A stretch of 64,000 nucleotides of DNA. Source: Octopus sinensis. Taxonomy: Eukaryota. This document shows positions 39,531-50,163 of the stretch, in pieces; position 1 is the stretch's first letter, and each line of letters opens with the position of its first letter. The notes beneath the pieces are model-generated. The model did no database searches, was not told the origin of the DNA, and saw only the letters and a list, made by a program, of their open reading frames with translations. The position numbers and the translations under genes were made by a program. The stretch spans positions 24,118,001 through 24,182,000 of the forward strand of contig NC_043022.1 of assembly GCF_006345805.1 (NCBI RefSeq), read 5' to 3'.

Positions 39531-41359
39531 GGGCCGCATGAGACATGGCTTATCGTCAAATGGGCCGCGTCGTGAGATGTAGATCATCTGACGGGCCGCA
39601 TGAGACATGGCTTATCGTCAATGGGCCGCGTCGTGAGATGTAGATCATCTGACGGGCCGCATGAGACATGGCTTATCGTCAGATGGCCGCGTGAGACGTA
39701 GATCATCTGACGGCCGCATGAGACATGGCTTATCGTCAAATGGGCCGCGTCGTGAGATTAGATCATCTGACGGGCCACATGAGACATGGCTTATCGTCAG
39801 ATGGGCCGCGTGACACGTAGATCATCTGACGGGCCGCATGAGACATGGCTTATCGTCAAATGGGCCGCGTCGTGAGATGTAGATCATCTGACGGGCCGCA
39901 TGAGACATGGCTTATCGTCAAATGGGCCGCGTCGTGAGATGTAGATCATCTGACGGGCCGCATGAGACATGGCTTATCGTCAGATGGGCGCGTCGTGAGA
40001 TGTAGATCATCTGACGGGCCGCATGAGACATGGCTTATCGTCAGATGGGCCGCGTCGTGAGATGTAGATCATCTGACGGGCCACATGAGACATGGCTTAT
40101 CGTCAGATGGGCCGCGTGACACGTAGATCATCTGACGGGCCGCATGAGACATGGCTTATCGTCAAATGGGCCGCGTCGTGAGATGTAGATCATCTGACGG
40201 GCCGCATGAGACATGGCTTATCGTCAATGGGCCGCGTCGTGAGATGTAGATCATCTGACGGCCGCATGAGACATGGCTTATCGTCAGATGGGCCGCGTGA
40301 CACGTAGATCATCTGACGGGCCGCATGAGACATGGCTTATCGTCAAATGGGCCGCGTCGTGAGATGTAGATCATCTGACGGGCCACATGAGACATGGCTT
40401 ATCGTCAGATGGGCCGCGTGACACGTAGATCATCTGACGGGCCGCATGAGACATGGCTTATCGTCAAATGGGCCGCGTCGTGAGATGTAGATCATCTGAC
40501 GGCCGCATGAGACATGGCTTATCGTCAATGGGCCGCGTCGTGAGATGTAGATCATCTGACGGGCCGCATGAGACATGGCTTATCGTCAGATGGGCCGCGT
40601 CGTGAGATGTAGATCATCTGACGGGCCGCATGAGACATGGCTTATCGTCAGATGGGCCGCGTGACACGTAGATCATCTGACGGGCCGCATGAGACATGGC
40701 TTATCGTCAAATGGGCCGCGTCGTGAGATGTAGATCATCTGACGGGCCACATGAGACATGGCTTATCGTCAGATGGGCCGCGTGACACGTAGATCATCTG
40801 ACGGGCCGCATGAGACATGGCTTATCGTCAAATGGGCCGCGTCGTGAGATGTAGATCATCTGACGGGCCGCATGAGACATGGCTTATCGTCAGATGGGCC
40901 GCGTCGTGAGATGTAGATCATCTGACGGGCCGCATGAGACATGGCTTATCGTCAGATGGGCCGCGTCGTGAGATGTAGATCATCTGACGGGCCGCATGAG
41001 ACATGGCTTATCGTCAAATGGGCCGCGTCGTGAGATGTAGATCATCTGACGGGCCGCATGAGACATGGCTTATCGTCAGATGGGCCGCGTCGTGAGATGT
41101 AGATCATCTGACGGGCCGCATGAGACATGGCTTATCGTCAGATGGGCCGCGTCGTGAGACGTAGATCATCTGACGGGCCGCATGAGACATGGCTTATCGT
41201 CAGATGGGCCGCGTGAGACGTAGATCATCTGACGGGCCGCATGAGACATGGCTTATCGTCAGATGGGCCGCGTGACACGTAGATCATCTGACGGGCCGCA
41301 TGAGACATGGCTTATCGTCAGATGGGCCGCGTGAGACGTAGATCATCTGACGGGCCGCA
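39531..41359. repeat. CpG-rich heterodimeric minisatellite, 30 units of ~62/59 bp
   Basis: Unit = A (GGGCCGCATGAGACATGGCTTATCGTCA(A/G)AT, 31 bp) + B (GGGCCGCGTCGTGAGATGTAGATCATCTGAC, 31 bp, or a ~28-bp short form); counted 20 long-B and 10 short-B units. Confidence 0.98.
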
Positions 41360-41451
41360 CAACTAAAAACGAAGATACAAAAAAAAAAGGTAATTTTTCG
41401 TTAGGCGCGCCATTCAGAAAGTTCCTAGGGCCGCGGCTTGCCCACGAACTG
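41360..41451. mobile_element. Possible hAT-type terminal sequence abutting the minisatellite
   Basis: GGGCCGCGGCTTGCCCACGAACTG resembles hAT MITE ends (GGGCCGC..TTGCCCACCCCTG); no matching left end found. Confidence 0.4.
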
Positions 41452-41746
41452 ACATAATGGTTCTCTCGCTGGTTCGTTGATGACAGTGGTGGCAATAGGA
41501 ATGGTGGTAGAAAGCGGTAATGGTGGTGTGGAAAGGGGCCCCACGTAGGTGGATGTGACGTGTGTGTGTGAGAGAAAGAAAGAGAAAGAGAGACGAGGAG
41601 AAAGCGGAGACACGATTGAAGTAGGTTGGATTTATTATACAATTTACAGGGGTGAAAGCCTTGCAACCGATTATTAGCTTAAGAAACAGATGTTTGCAAC
41701 CCCACCGCAACCTAACAGACCCATATATATATATATGTGTGTGTGG

Positions 41747-41787
<41 letters not shown>

Positions 41788-42084
41788 TACACTCGTACAT
41801 AAATCTATACATACGCTCAGTAGGGGACAGCAGTCAGCCAAAAGTGGACTAATTGAAAATGCTTAGTCGGTCGAAGTTAAGAGGGAGAGAGAGAAGTAAA
41901 AAGGCTTGGAGTTGCCGCCGGTTCGAAGCGAACACACAGACACACAACGATGAAGGAAAAAGCCTTACTCGACTTGCTAGAAATAGCAACCCAAATGACA
42001 AAAAGCGCCCTCATGCCGACTACACCAAAGATCGATAGCTATCACCATTAGATGTCAGTTATCTGTCTATCTATCTATCGTATC

Positions 42085-42545
42085 ATTTATCAATTTCAGT
42101 CATTGGATCACGGCCATGCTGGAGCACCGCCTTCAAAATCTTAGGCGAACATATCGACCCTAATAACATTTATATTTTCAAGCAGGCTACTTATTCTATC
42201 GATCTCGTCTTGCTGAACCATTAGAGAGTAAGGGGACATAAACACACCAACATCGGTTGTCGAGAGTGGTGGAAGTAAATACAAGCATAACACACAAATA
42301 TACACATAAATAGATACAAACACATGTGTTGTGTGTGTACACACACACAAACACTATATGAACACATACATATATATATATACATACACACATGTATATA
42401 CAAATATATATATATATACAAATATATATATATACACACACACATACGTATACATACATATATATATATACATATATACACATACATATACAGACATATA
42501 TAAACATATATACAAACATATATATATATGCATATATATATATGC

Positions 42546-42579
<34 letters not shown>

Positions 42580-42920
42580 CATATATACTCTTACTTGTTT
42601 CAGTCATTTGACTGCGGCTATGCTGGAGCACCGCCTTTAGTCGAGCTAATCGACCCCATGACTTGTCTTTTTTGCCGAACCGCTATCTTACGGGGACGTA
42701 AACACACCAGCATCGGTTGTCAAGTGATATTGGGAGGGGGGGACACAGACACAGACACACACACACATATATATATATACAACGGGCTTCTTCCAGTTTC
42801 CGCCTACGAAGCCCACTCGCAAGGCTTTGGTCGGCCCGAGGCTATAGTAGAATACACGGGACTGAACCCGGAACCATGTGGTTGGGAAGCAAGCTACTTA
42901 CCACACAGCCACATGCACAC
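42085..42920 (-). mobile_element. Two or more family A SINE segments with microsatellite
   Basis: Family tail (CATGCTGGAGCACCGCC) twice, plus a head. Confidence 0.82.
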
Positions 42921-43317
42921 ATATACATGTGTATGTGTGTGTGTATATATGACGGGCTTCTTTCTGTCTGCCATATCTACCGACGAGGCTTAGGGCTATA
43001 GTAGAAGGTACACGTTCAAAGAGCCGCGCACTAGGACTGAAACCGGAACCAAGTGTTTGGGTGGCAAACGTCTTACCCTCACAGCCACGCCTGCGCATTA
43101 CACACGCGCACACCTATACACGAAAACCAGCGTGAAAACAACTGAACATTCCAGCGCCTTACCAACGCAAAGTCCCTGGAGATATTTGTTTCATACTGAG
43201 TTACAGACACGCCCTCGTTACACTCACCGACAGAAATGCAACGAAGCAATATCTAACCAAGCTTGGTTATACACTGATATTGTGCATGTACATATAATAC
43301 CTCTTGTGATTTCATAA

Positions 43318-43365
43318 CATATATAATATATATATATATATATATATAATATATGTATGTATGTA

Positions 43366-43408
<43 letters not shown>

Positions 43409-43783
43409 ATGATTATATGTATATATATATATGTATGTATGTATATATATATATATATATGTATGTATATATATATATATATATGTATGTATTAATATAT
43501 ATATATATAATATATGTATATATATATATATATATGTATGTATATATATAATATATGTATGTATATATATATATATATATGTAGTATATATATATATAAT
43601 GTATGTATATATATATATATATGTATGTATATATATATATATATGTAGGTATATATATATATATGTATGTATAATATATATATATTGTATGTATATATAT
43701 ATATAGTATGTATAATATGTATGTTAATATATATATATATTATATATAATGTATGTTGTATGTATGTATATATATATATATAT
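43318..43783. repeat. (TA)n/(TATG)n microsatellite
   Basis: Directly visible. Confidence 0.97.
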
Positions 43784-44210
43784 GGAGTGTGTCCTCCTGG
43801 GGCTAAAAACTACAGTAGCATCCACCCTTAGGGGTTAGCCATATTGAAATGGCAAAAATATACGTCACGATGTGTTACCGCTACTGTATATAACTCACTT
43901 TGATATTTATCATGTTTGATTCACTTTTTCAATATCAGCGACAGTGGGCGCTGGAAAAAGTATAAGTATTGTGAAGGAAATCTAATTCTCGGCGACAACT
44001 ATGATTGTCACACGCTGACGAGAGGTCAATACCTCGAAACTCGAGTCCGTGTGTATCATAAGTTGAAGACGGGAAGGATGACTTCCCTTTGCAAATATGA
44101 CAGGACACAGAAAGTGTGTCTATGGCCAGCTGGAGGAGTGTGTCCTCCTGGGGCTAAAAACTACAGTACATCCACCCTTAGGGGTTAGCCATATTGAAAT
44201 GGCAAAAATA
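43784..44210 (+). mobile_element. Retrozyme-like element: ~350-nt monomer with 76-77-nt terminal redundancy
   Basis: Direct repeats 43784-43860 and 44135-44210 (identical except a 1-nt indel; period 351); central type I hammerhead; TA microsatellite on both sides; no RT coding capacity. Confidence 0.8.
43996..44065 (+). ncRNA. Type I hammerhead ribozyme
   Basis: Stem I CACACG(44009-14)/CGTGTG(44048-53); core CTGACGA (44015-21); stem II GAGG(T)/(A)CCTC; GAAA (44036-39); stem III within palindrome ACTCGAGT; GUC cleavage after 44047; distal stem I CAAC-TATGAT / ATCATA-A-GTTG beyond a UGU/U internal loop. Confidence 0.93.
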
Positions 44211-44251
<41 letters not shown>

Positions 44252-44252
44252 T

Positions 44253-44606
44253 AGGCGCAGGAGTGGCTGTGTGGTAAGTAGCTTGCTTACCAACCACATG
44301 GTTCCGGGTTCAGTCCCACTGCGGAGCATCTTGGGCAAGTGTCTTCTACTATAGTCTCGGGCCGACCTTGTGAGTATATTTGGTAGACGGAAACTGAAAG
44401 AAGCCCGTCGTGTATATATATATATGTGTGTCTGTGTTTGTCCCCCTAGCATTGCTTGACAACCGATGCTGGTGTGTTTGCGTCGGCAAAAGAGACCGAT
44501 AGAATAAGTACTGGGCTTACAAAGAATAAGTCCCGGTGTCGATTTGCTCGACTAAAAGCAGTGCTCTAGCATGGCCGCAGGCCAATGACTGAAACAAGTA
44601 AAAGAG
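44253..44606 (+). mobile_element. SINE family A, near full length
   Basis: As the reference copy. Confidence 0.92.
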
Positions 44607-44879
44607 TATATATATATATAGCATTTTCGAATTTGTTTTGCGAAAATGTTGATCTGAAACCGCGTGTTGAAGCCGAGAGTGCCGTAGTTTGGGAGGGTCA
44701 TACTGCCACTAAGCATACGTACTGATTGTAGTTACTTCGGCTTTAGTTATTCTTTTTATTTTTTTCCGCCTTGATGGGTTACAGCAAAAACATCTTCGAA
44801 GATAATCTCTCCTGACCTTACTTGGGTGCTCAATAACAACAACAATTACTACTACTTATAATATTAATAATAATAATAA

Positions 44880-45424
44880 TGGTTTCAAATTTTGGCACAA
44901 GGCTAGAAAATTCGCAGTAGGGTGCTAAGTCGAATATATCAACCCTAGTACTCAAACTGGTACTTATTTAATCGACCCCGAAAGGCAAAGTCGACTTCGG
45001 CAGAATTTGAACTCAGGACGTAGAAGCAGACGAAATACCTATTTCTTTACTACCCACAAGGGGCTAAACACAGAGAAGACAAACAAGGACAGACAAACGG
45101 ATTAAGTCGATTACATCGACCCCGAAAGGATGAAAGGCAAAGTCAACCACGGCGGAATTCGAACTCAGAATGTAGCGGCAGACGAAATACTTATTTCTTT
45201 ATTGCCCACAAGGGGCTAAACATAGAGGGGACAAACAAGGACAGACAAACGGATTAAGTCGATTATATCGACCCCAGTGCGTAACTGGTACTTAATTCAT
45301 CGACCTCGAAAGGATGAAAGGCAAAGTCGACCTCGGCGGAATTTGAACTTAGAACGTAACGGCAGACGAAATACGGCTACGCACTTCGCCCGGCGTGCTA
45401 ACGTTTCTGCCAGCTCGCCGCCTT
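44880..45424 (-). mobile_element. Head-to-tail trimer of B-type SINE units
   Basis: One full head followed by two headless units joined at AAAGAAATA|(G/A)GTATTTCGTC. Confidence 0.88.
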
Positions 45425-45439
45425 AATAATAACAACACA

Positions 45440-45482
<43 letters not shown>

Positions 45483-46067
45483 TGCTGGTGATATATATTT
45501 TTGAAGAATTAGGGCAAGGATGGGATTGAAATTCACTTTTAGCTCTTTCATGTTGCTGCTGCTGCTGCTACGGAAAGCAAGAACAACGAATCAGGAATGG
45601 TTTCACCATTATCCACGTTTCTAATTTAGAATTAAACCCAACGACCTGCGTATTCTTATTTGGCGCAGGCTGTGTCTCTTTTGAAGGGGTTTAGAAGACA
45701 GGAGGAGGAAGGGGAGAAACAGCCCGAATAACCCGAGACTCGCACGCACTCAAGGGATGTTTTAATCAGCTGGATTGACGCGTGTAAAATACACTTGAAC
45801 ATCATCATAATGGCGAATAGTTATGTTGCTTCAAATTGAAATAAACAAATAATTAAGTAAATAAAAACGCATTTACTGTAGCTTTTAGGGATCACTTGTA
45901 GATTTAAAGGGCCATTTTCTTTTTAGGGGTTTCGCTTGCTTGCTTTTCTTCTTTTCCAGAACAAGCCCCCGCCCTAACAGAGGACAGTTGTGAAAAACCT
46001 CCCGAGGGCGACGGTGGCGAACGATTATTCGTCGGACAGACTGAAGCAGCAATGGTATACATATATT

Positions 46068-46890
46068 ATTCTTTTACTTGTTTCAGTTATTTGATTGCGG
46101 CCATGCTGTAGCACCAACTTAAAGGGTTTTAGTCGAACAAATCGACCACAGAACTTATTGTTTGCAAGCCTGGAACTTAGGATCTTTTCGGTTTGAACGG
46201 CAGTTTTTTTTTCTAGCGGTGTCATACGAAATTGTCACCCATAATTATAACCATAGTATCGATCTATTGCATTTCAATCTCTTTTAGGGCTAGGGTTAGT
46301 TAAGGTTAGGGGTGCGGGAAGGGTATCTTTTTTCTTCACAAATGTAAATAAACCCAATCTGTTTCTTAAACGAGGGACATATTCATACGGCACAGAATGT
46401 TTTTTTTTACCTCAATGGACGTCATTGATTGGTTGAAATTGCAGATATTGAAGAAAAAAAAGCAACAAATATCTTACAAACTATAGAATTTTTTCAATAA
46501 AGCCAAGAGAAAAAGATGTTTTATAAACACATTCTACCAGTATACCAAGTTTTAAATTTTTTAGTTACCTAGAAATTGTTAAAAACTGCCGTTCAAACCG
46601 AGAAGATCCGGAACTTATTCTATCGGCCAGTTTATTCGAACCGCTACGTTAAGCGGACGTAAACACACCAGCATCAGTTGTGAAGCGATGGTGGTGGTAG
46701 TGGGCCAAACAGAGTCACAAATGCACAAATATCTACATTTCAGTTTCCGTCTACCAAATCCACTCACAAAGGCTTTTGATGGACTCGAGGCTAAAAGTGG
46801 AAGACACTTGCCCAAGGTGCCACGCAGTGGGACTAAATCCTGAACCATGTAATTGAGAAGCAAGCTTCGTACCACACAGACACGCCTGTG
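46068..46890 (-). mobile_element. SINE family A interrupted by MITE F
   Basis: The SINE sequence is continuous across the insertion once the TSD is removed. Confidence 0.85.
46180..46609 (+). mobile_element. MITE family F, complete (430 bp, ~29-bp TIRs, 8-bp TSD)
   Basis: GGATCTTTTCGGTTTGAACGGCAGTTTTT ... AAAAACTGCCGTTCAAACCGAGAAGATCC; TSD GGAACTTA at 46172-79 and 46610-17. Confidence 0.95.
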
Positions 46891-47390
46891 CCCATATATT
46901 TCATCCTTTCGGTGTCGGTAAACAAAGTACCTGTTGCGCACTGGGGTCGATGTAATCGACTTAATCCCTTAGTCTGTCCCCTCTATGTTTAGCCCCTTGT
47001 GGGCAATAAATAAATATATATTTTTAATTATCCTAAAAGCTAAATGTCAAATCTGAAGAAAAACAACGAAAAATGCCAATAATTTCACTGCAGCCTTGAT
47101 ACAATGTGACGATAAAACCAAAAACATATGGGACACACAGACACACATGGAAGGGGATATTACTTAGGGGTTATTCTAAAGGTCATATTTGTATAATAGA
47201 GAGAGGATTAACAACATGGCCGAGGGTAAAATATCCCCATTGGCCCTTTGAAATACAAGTACTACTCAGTTTTTGCCAGTTGTGTGAACGGGAGCAACAT
47301 GACATAAAATGTTTTGCTCAAGGACATAATGCACCACCAGAAATTGGGCTTACGATTGAAAATACCCCAATCACTAAGCCACACGCCTTT

Positions 47391-47600
47391 CTGGCAGAAA
47401 CGTTAGCACGCCGGGTGAAATTCGTAGCCGTATTTCGTCTGTCGTTGCGTTCCGAGTTCAAATTCCGCCGAGGTCGACTTTGCCTTTCATCCTTTCGGGG
47501 TCGATAAATTAAGTACCAGTTACGCACTGGGGTCGATGTAATCGACTTAATCCGTTTGTCCCTTCTATGTTTAGCCCCTTGTGGGTAATAAAGAAATATA
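47391..47600 (+). mobile_element. SINE family B (partial copy also at ~46900-47012)
   Basis: Near-identical to other B copies. Confidence 0.9.
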
Positions 47601-48159
47601 TATACATACATGTCTTTGTTTGACCCCTGACTACCGCTTGACAACCGGAGTTGGTATGTTTACGTCCCCCGTAAACTGTGCTCTCAGTTCAAATCCCACT
47701 GGGGTCAATGAACTTTGCCTTTCATTCTTTCGGAAGTCGATAGATAAAGTACCAAGTCAACCCAGGTCTGGGCTTTCTCCTTCTCCCCCCCCCCATGCCC
47801 GATATCCAAAGGCCCCACTCTCCTACCCCCTCCACGCGTACCCACTAGCCTGTCACATTGTGTCACGCTAGTCCAGCACGAGACAGCCCAAAGGTGTACA
47901 AAAGATGGATCTGTTGAAATTACGTTGCTCATACATTTTCATGCTCATCGTCGCCACCGGCGAAAGCTCACCGACCACCACGCGTACCTGTGTGTGCGCA
48001 TCCGCGTGTATGCGTGTCGTGGGGACGGCGTAGAGGAGCGAAGGAGTTCTAGTGGAGGTAGTAAGTGTTGTTGTTTTGGCGACAGGCGACACATTTCATT
48101 ATAACAGATTCATTAACAGCAGTCAAGCATGTAAATTGGTCTAAAACAAATACACACTT

Positions 48160-48192
<33 letters not shown>

Positions 48193-48967
48193 CACCGCCA
48201 TCAAGTAAGCAAGCAACCAACCACCAAGTGATAAACATAGCGTGATGAGACGAGAAGTAGTGGCGTCGGGGGGGAGGACGGGGCGGAGCGGAGAAGAAAG
48301 GGGCCCACCCTCCCCGTTTTAAATTAGGGGAACAGAACGACTGAAATCTATCCTTCTCCACCCAGGAGTGAAAAGGGATGTAGTAGTAGCGGTGGTAGCA
48401 GCAGCAGCAGCCACCCAACACCCCTAGAACTGTTCCCTGACAACTCCACTTTCAACACACCCTCCCGAACATCGACAGAAGGGAAGGAAACTATGTGACT
48501 ATATATATATAAATATATACACACACGTGTTATATTTGTATATGTGTGTGTGTATACACAAACACAAGACGTCAACTATATCCGTCGTTAAACACCCGCT
48601 CTTCATACGATCCGAAGTCCCTCTCGACTAAACCGCCCACCAGTGTGTGTGACCCACCGCTGTCTGCCAGCCAACCTACCTTACCACCTGCCCACCCATC
48701 TGCTCCACGAACGAGCAAAACTGTTTACAGTTCTTAAAGGGGCGCATCCCCAAACCTTCAAACCCCATAACAACCGACATGGCTTCAACAGAGAACTGTG
48801 ACGTGTCAACGGACACTGTGACCCTTGAATAGACACAGTAACCTGGTTCGTTCATATGTATAGCTTCAATGGCTAACCTGCTAGAAAAAGCAGCTAAATT
48901 CCCTCAAATCATAACCTCCAGTTCCAAAAAAAGAGTACAACATTATTGGGCTATGTAGTTTCCATGA

Positions 48968-49161
48968 CGCCATGATAGATCGTTAGCTCCTACACGCATT
49001 TTTTTCTCTCCTTGTTTTTTTCTGTGTATCTTTCTGTCGAAGAGCGTAGGCTCGAAACGTAAAAGACTTTTTCTATTTCTATTCCTGAGCGCTATACTAA
49101 TACATTTGTTTGTTTGTACACCACCTGCCTTCGTCTTTTGTTTATTTTCGTAAACTTTCCC
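48968..49161 (+). mobile_element. Repeat family G, copy 3 (best-preserved hammerhead-like fold)
   Basis: TCTTT-CTGTCGA-A-GAGC-GTAG-GCTC-GAAA-CGTA-AAAGA at 49029-49066. Confidence 0.65.
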
Positions 49162-49762
49162 TTTATATACCGTATATATCGACATGCTTTTTTATTCTTA
49201 AATGTATAAAAAAAACTGCAATACATCTAATGCGGACGTATTATGGACGGGGTACCGAGAGTATGAGAGTATGGTGAAACATTAAATTTGGTTCTTCCCA
49301 AGGATCTTGTCAAACTGATTCACAAAATATGCATTTTTTAAAAGAAAGTTAAAAAATCTGAAAATCGGCTATAATAATGTAGTTTTCCAGTCTTATTGCT
49401 ATGAAGGTATTAGGTTATAAAGAATAAAAATGGAGGAAAAATTACAGAGGTTTAAAAATCGAAAAAAACTGTATTTTTAGCCAATAGCGGGACAGAAATT
49501 TTCTGCGTTTGGCAGATCAGTGTCAACTTTAAGGTTGTACCCTGTGAAATTTATAGTACTAGGCTTACAAAGATTAAGTCCTGGGGTTGATTTGTTCGAC
49601 TAAAGGCGGTGCTCCAGCACGGCTGCAGTCAAATGACTGAAACAAATAAAAGGATATACATACACATATAAACATAGACATATACAGATATACATACATA
49701 TATATAAATACACACGTATACATATGCAAGTTTTATACACTTACATAAACACACACGTATAT

Positions 49763-50163
49763 AGGTGCAGGAGTGGCTGTGTGGTACGTAGCTTGCTTAC
49801 CAACCACATGGTTCCGGGTTCAGTCCCACTGCATGGCACCTTGTGCAAGTGTCTTCTACTATAGCCTCAGGCCGACCAAAGCCTTTGTGAGTGGATTTGG
49901 TAGATGGAAACTGAAAGAAGCCCATCGTATATATGTCTATATATATATGTGTGCGTGCATGTTTGTGTGTCTGTGTTTGTCCCCCTAGCATTGCTTGACA
50001 ACCGATGCTGGTGTGTTCATGTCCCTGTCACTTAGCGGTTCGGCAAAACAGACCGATAGAATAAGTACTGGGCTTACAAAGAATAAGTCCCGGGGTCGAG
50101 TTGCTCAACTAAAGGTGGTGCTCCAGCATGGCGGCAGTCAAATGACTGAAACATGTAAAAGAG
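49763..50163 (+). mobile_element. SINE family A, full length
   Basis: As the reference copy. Confidence 0.93.

Noticed and set aside
39531-41359. CRISPR array reading of the regular repeat
   Set aside because: No unique spacers (the same two subunits alternate), no cas genes, animal genome context.
39531-41359. CTGACG in each unit as hammerhead cores
   Set aside because: Reads CTGACGG, not CUGANGA, and there is no GAAA or stem II/III.
43940-44188. Cellular terminal exon (TSP1- or ApeC-like Cys/Trp pattern)
   Set aside because: The segment is explained by the hammerhead and terminal redundancy; cysteine spacing does not fit either domain convincingly. Kept only as a low-priority ORF finding.
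46280-46315. Interstitial telomeric repeats
   Set aside because: Only a few degenerate TTAGGG-like words, internal to the MITE.
47905-48033. 42-aa signal-peptide-like ORF (MDLLKLRCSYIFMLIVATGES...)
   Set aside because: Too short, no donor before the stop, and it overlaps a better minus-strand donor candidate.
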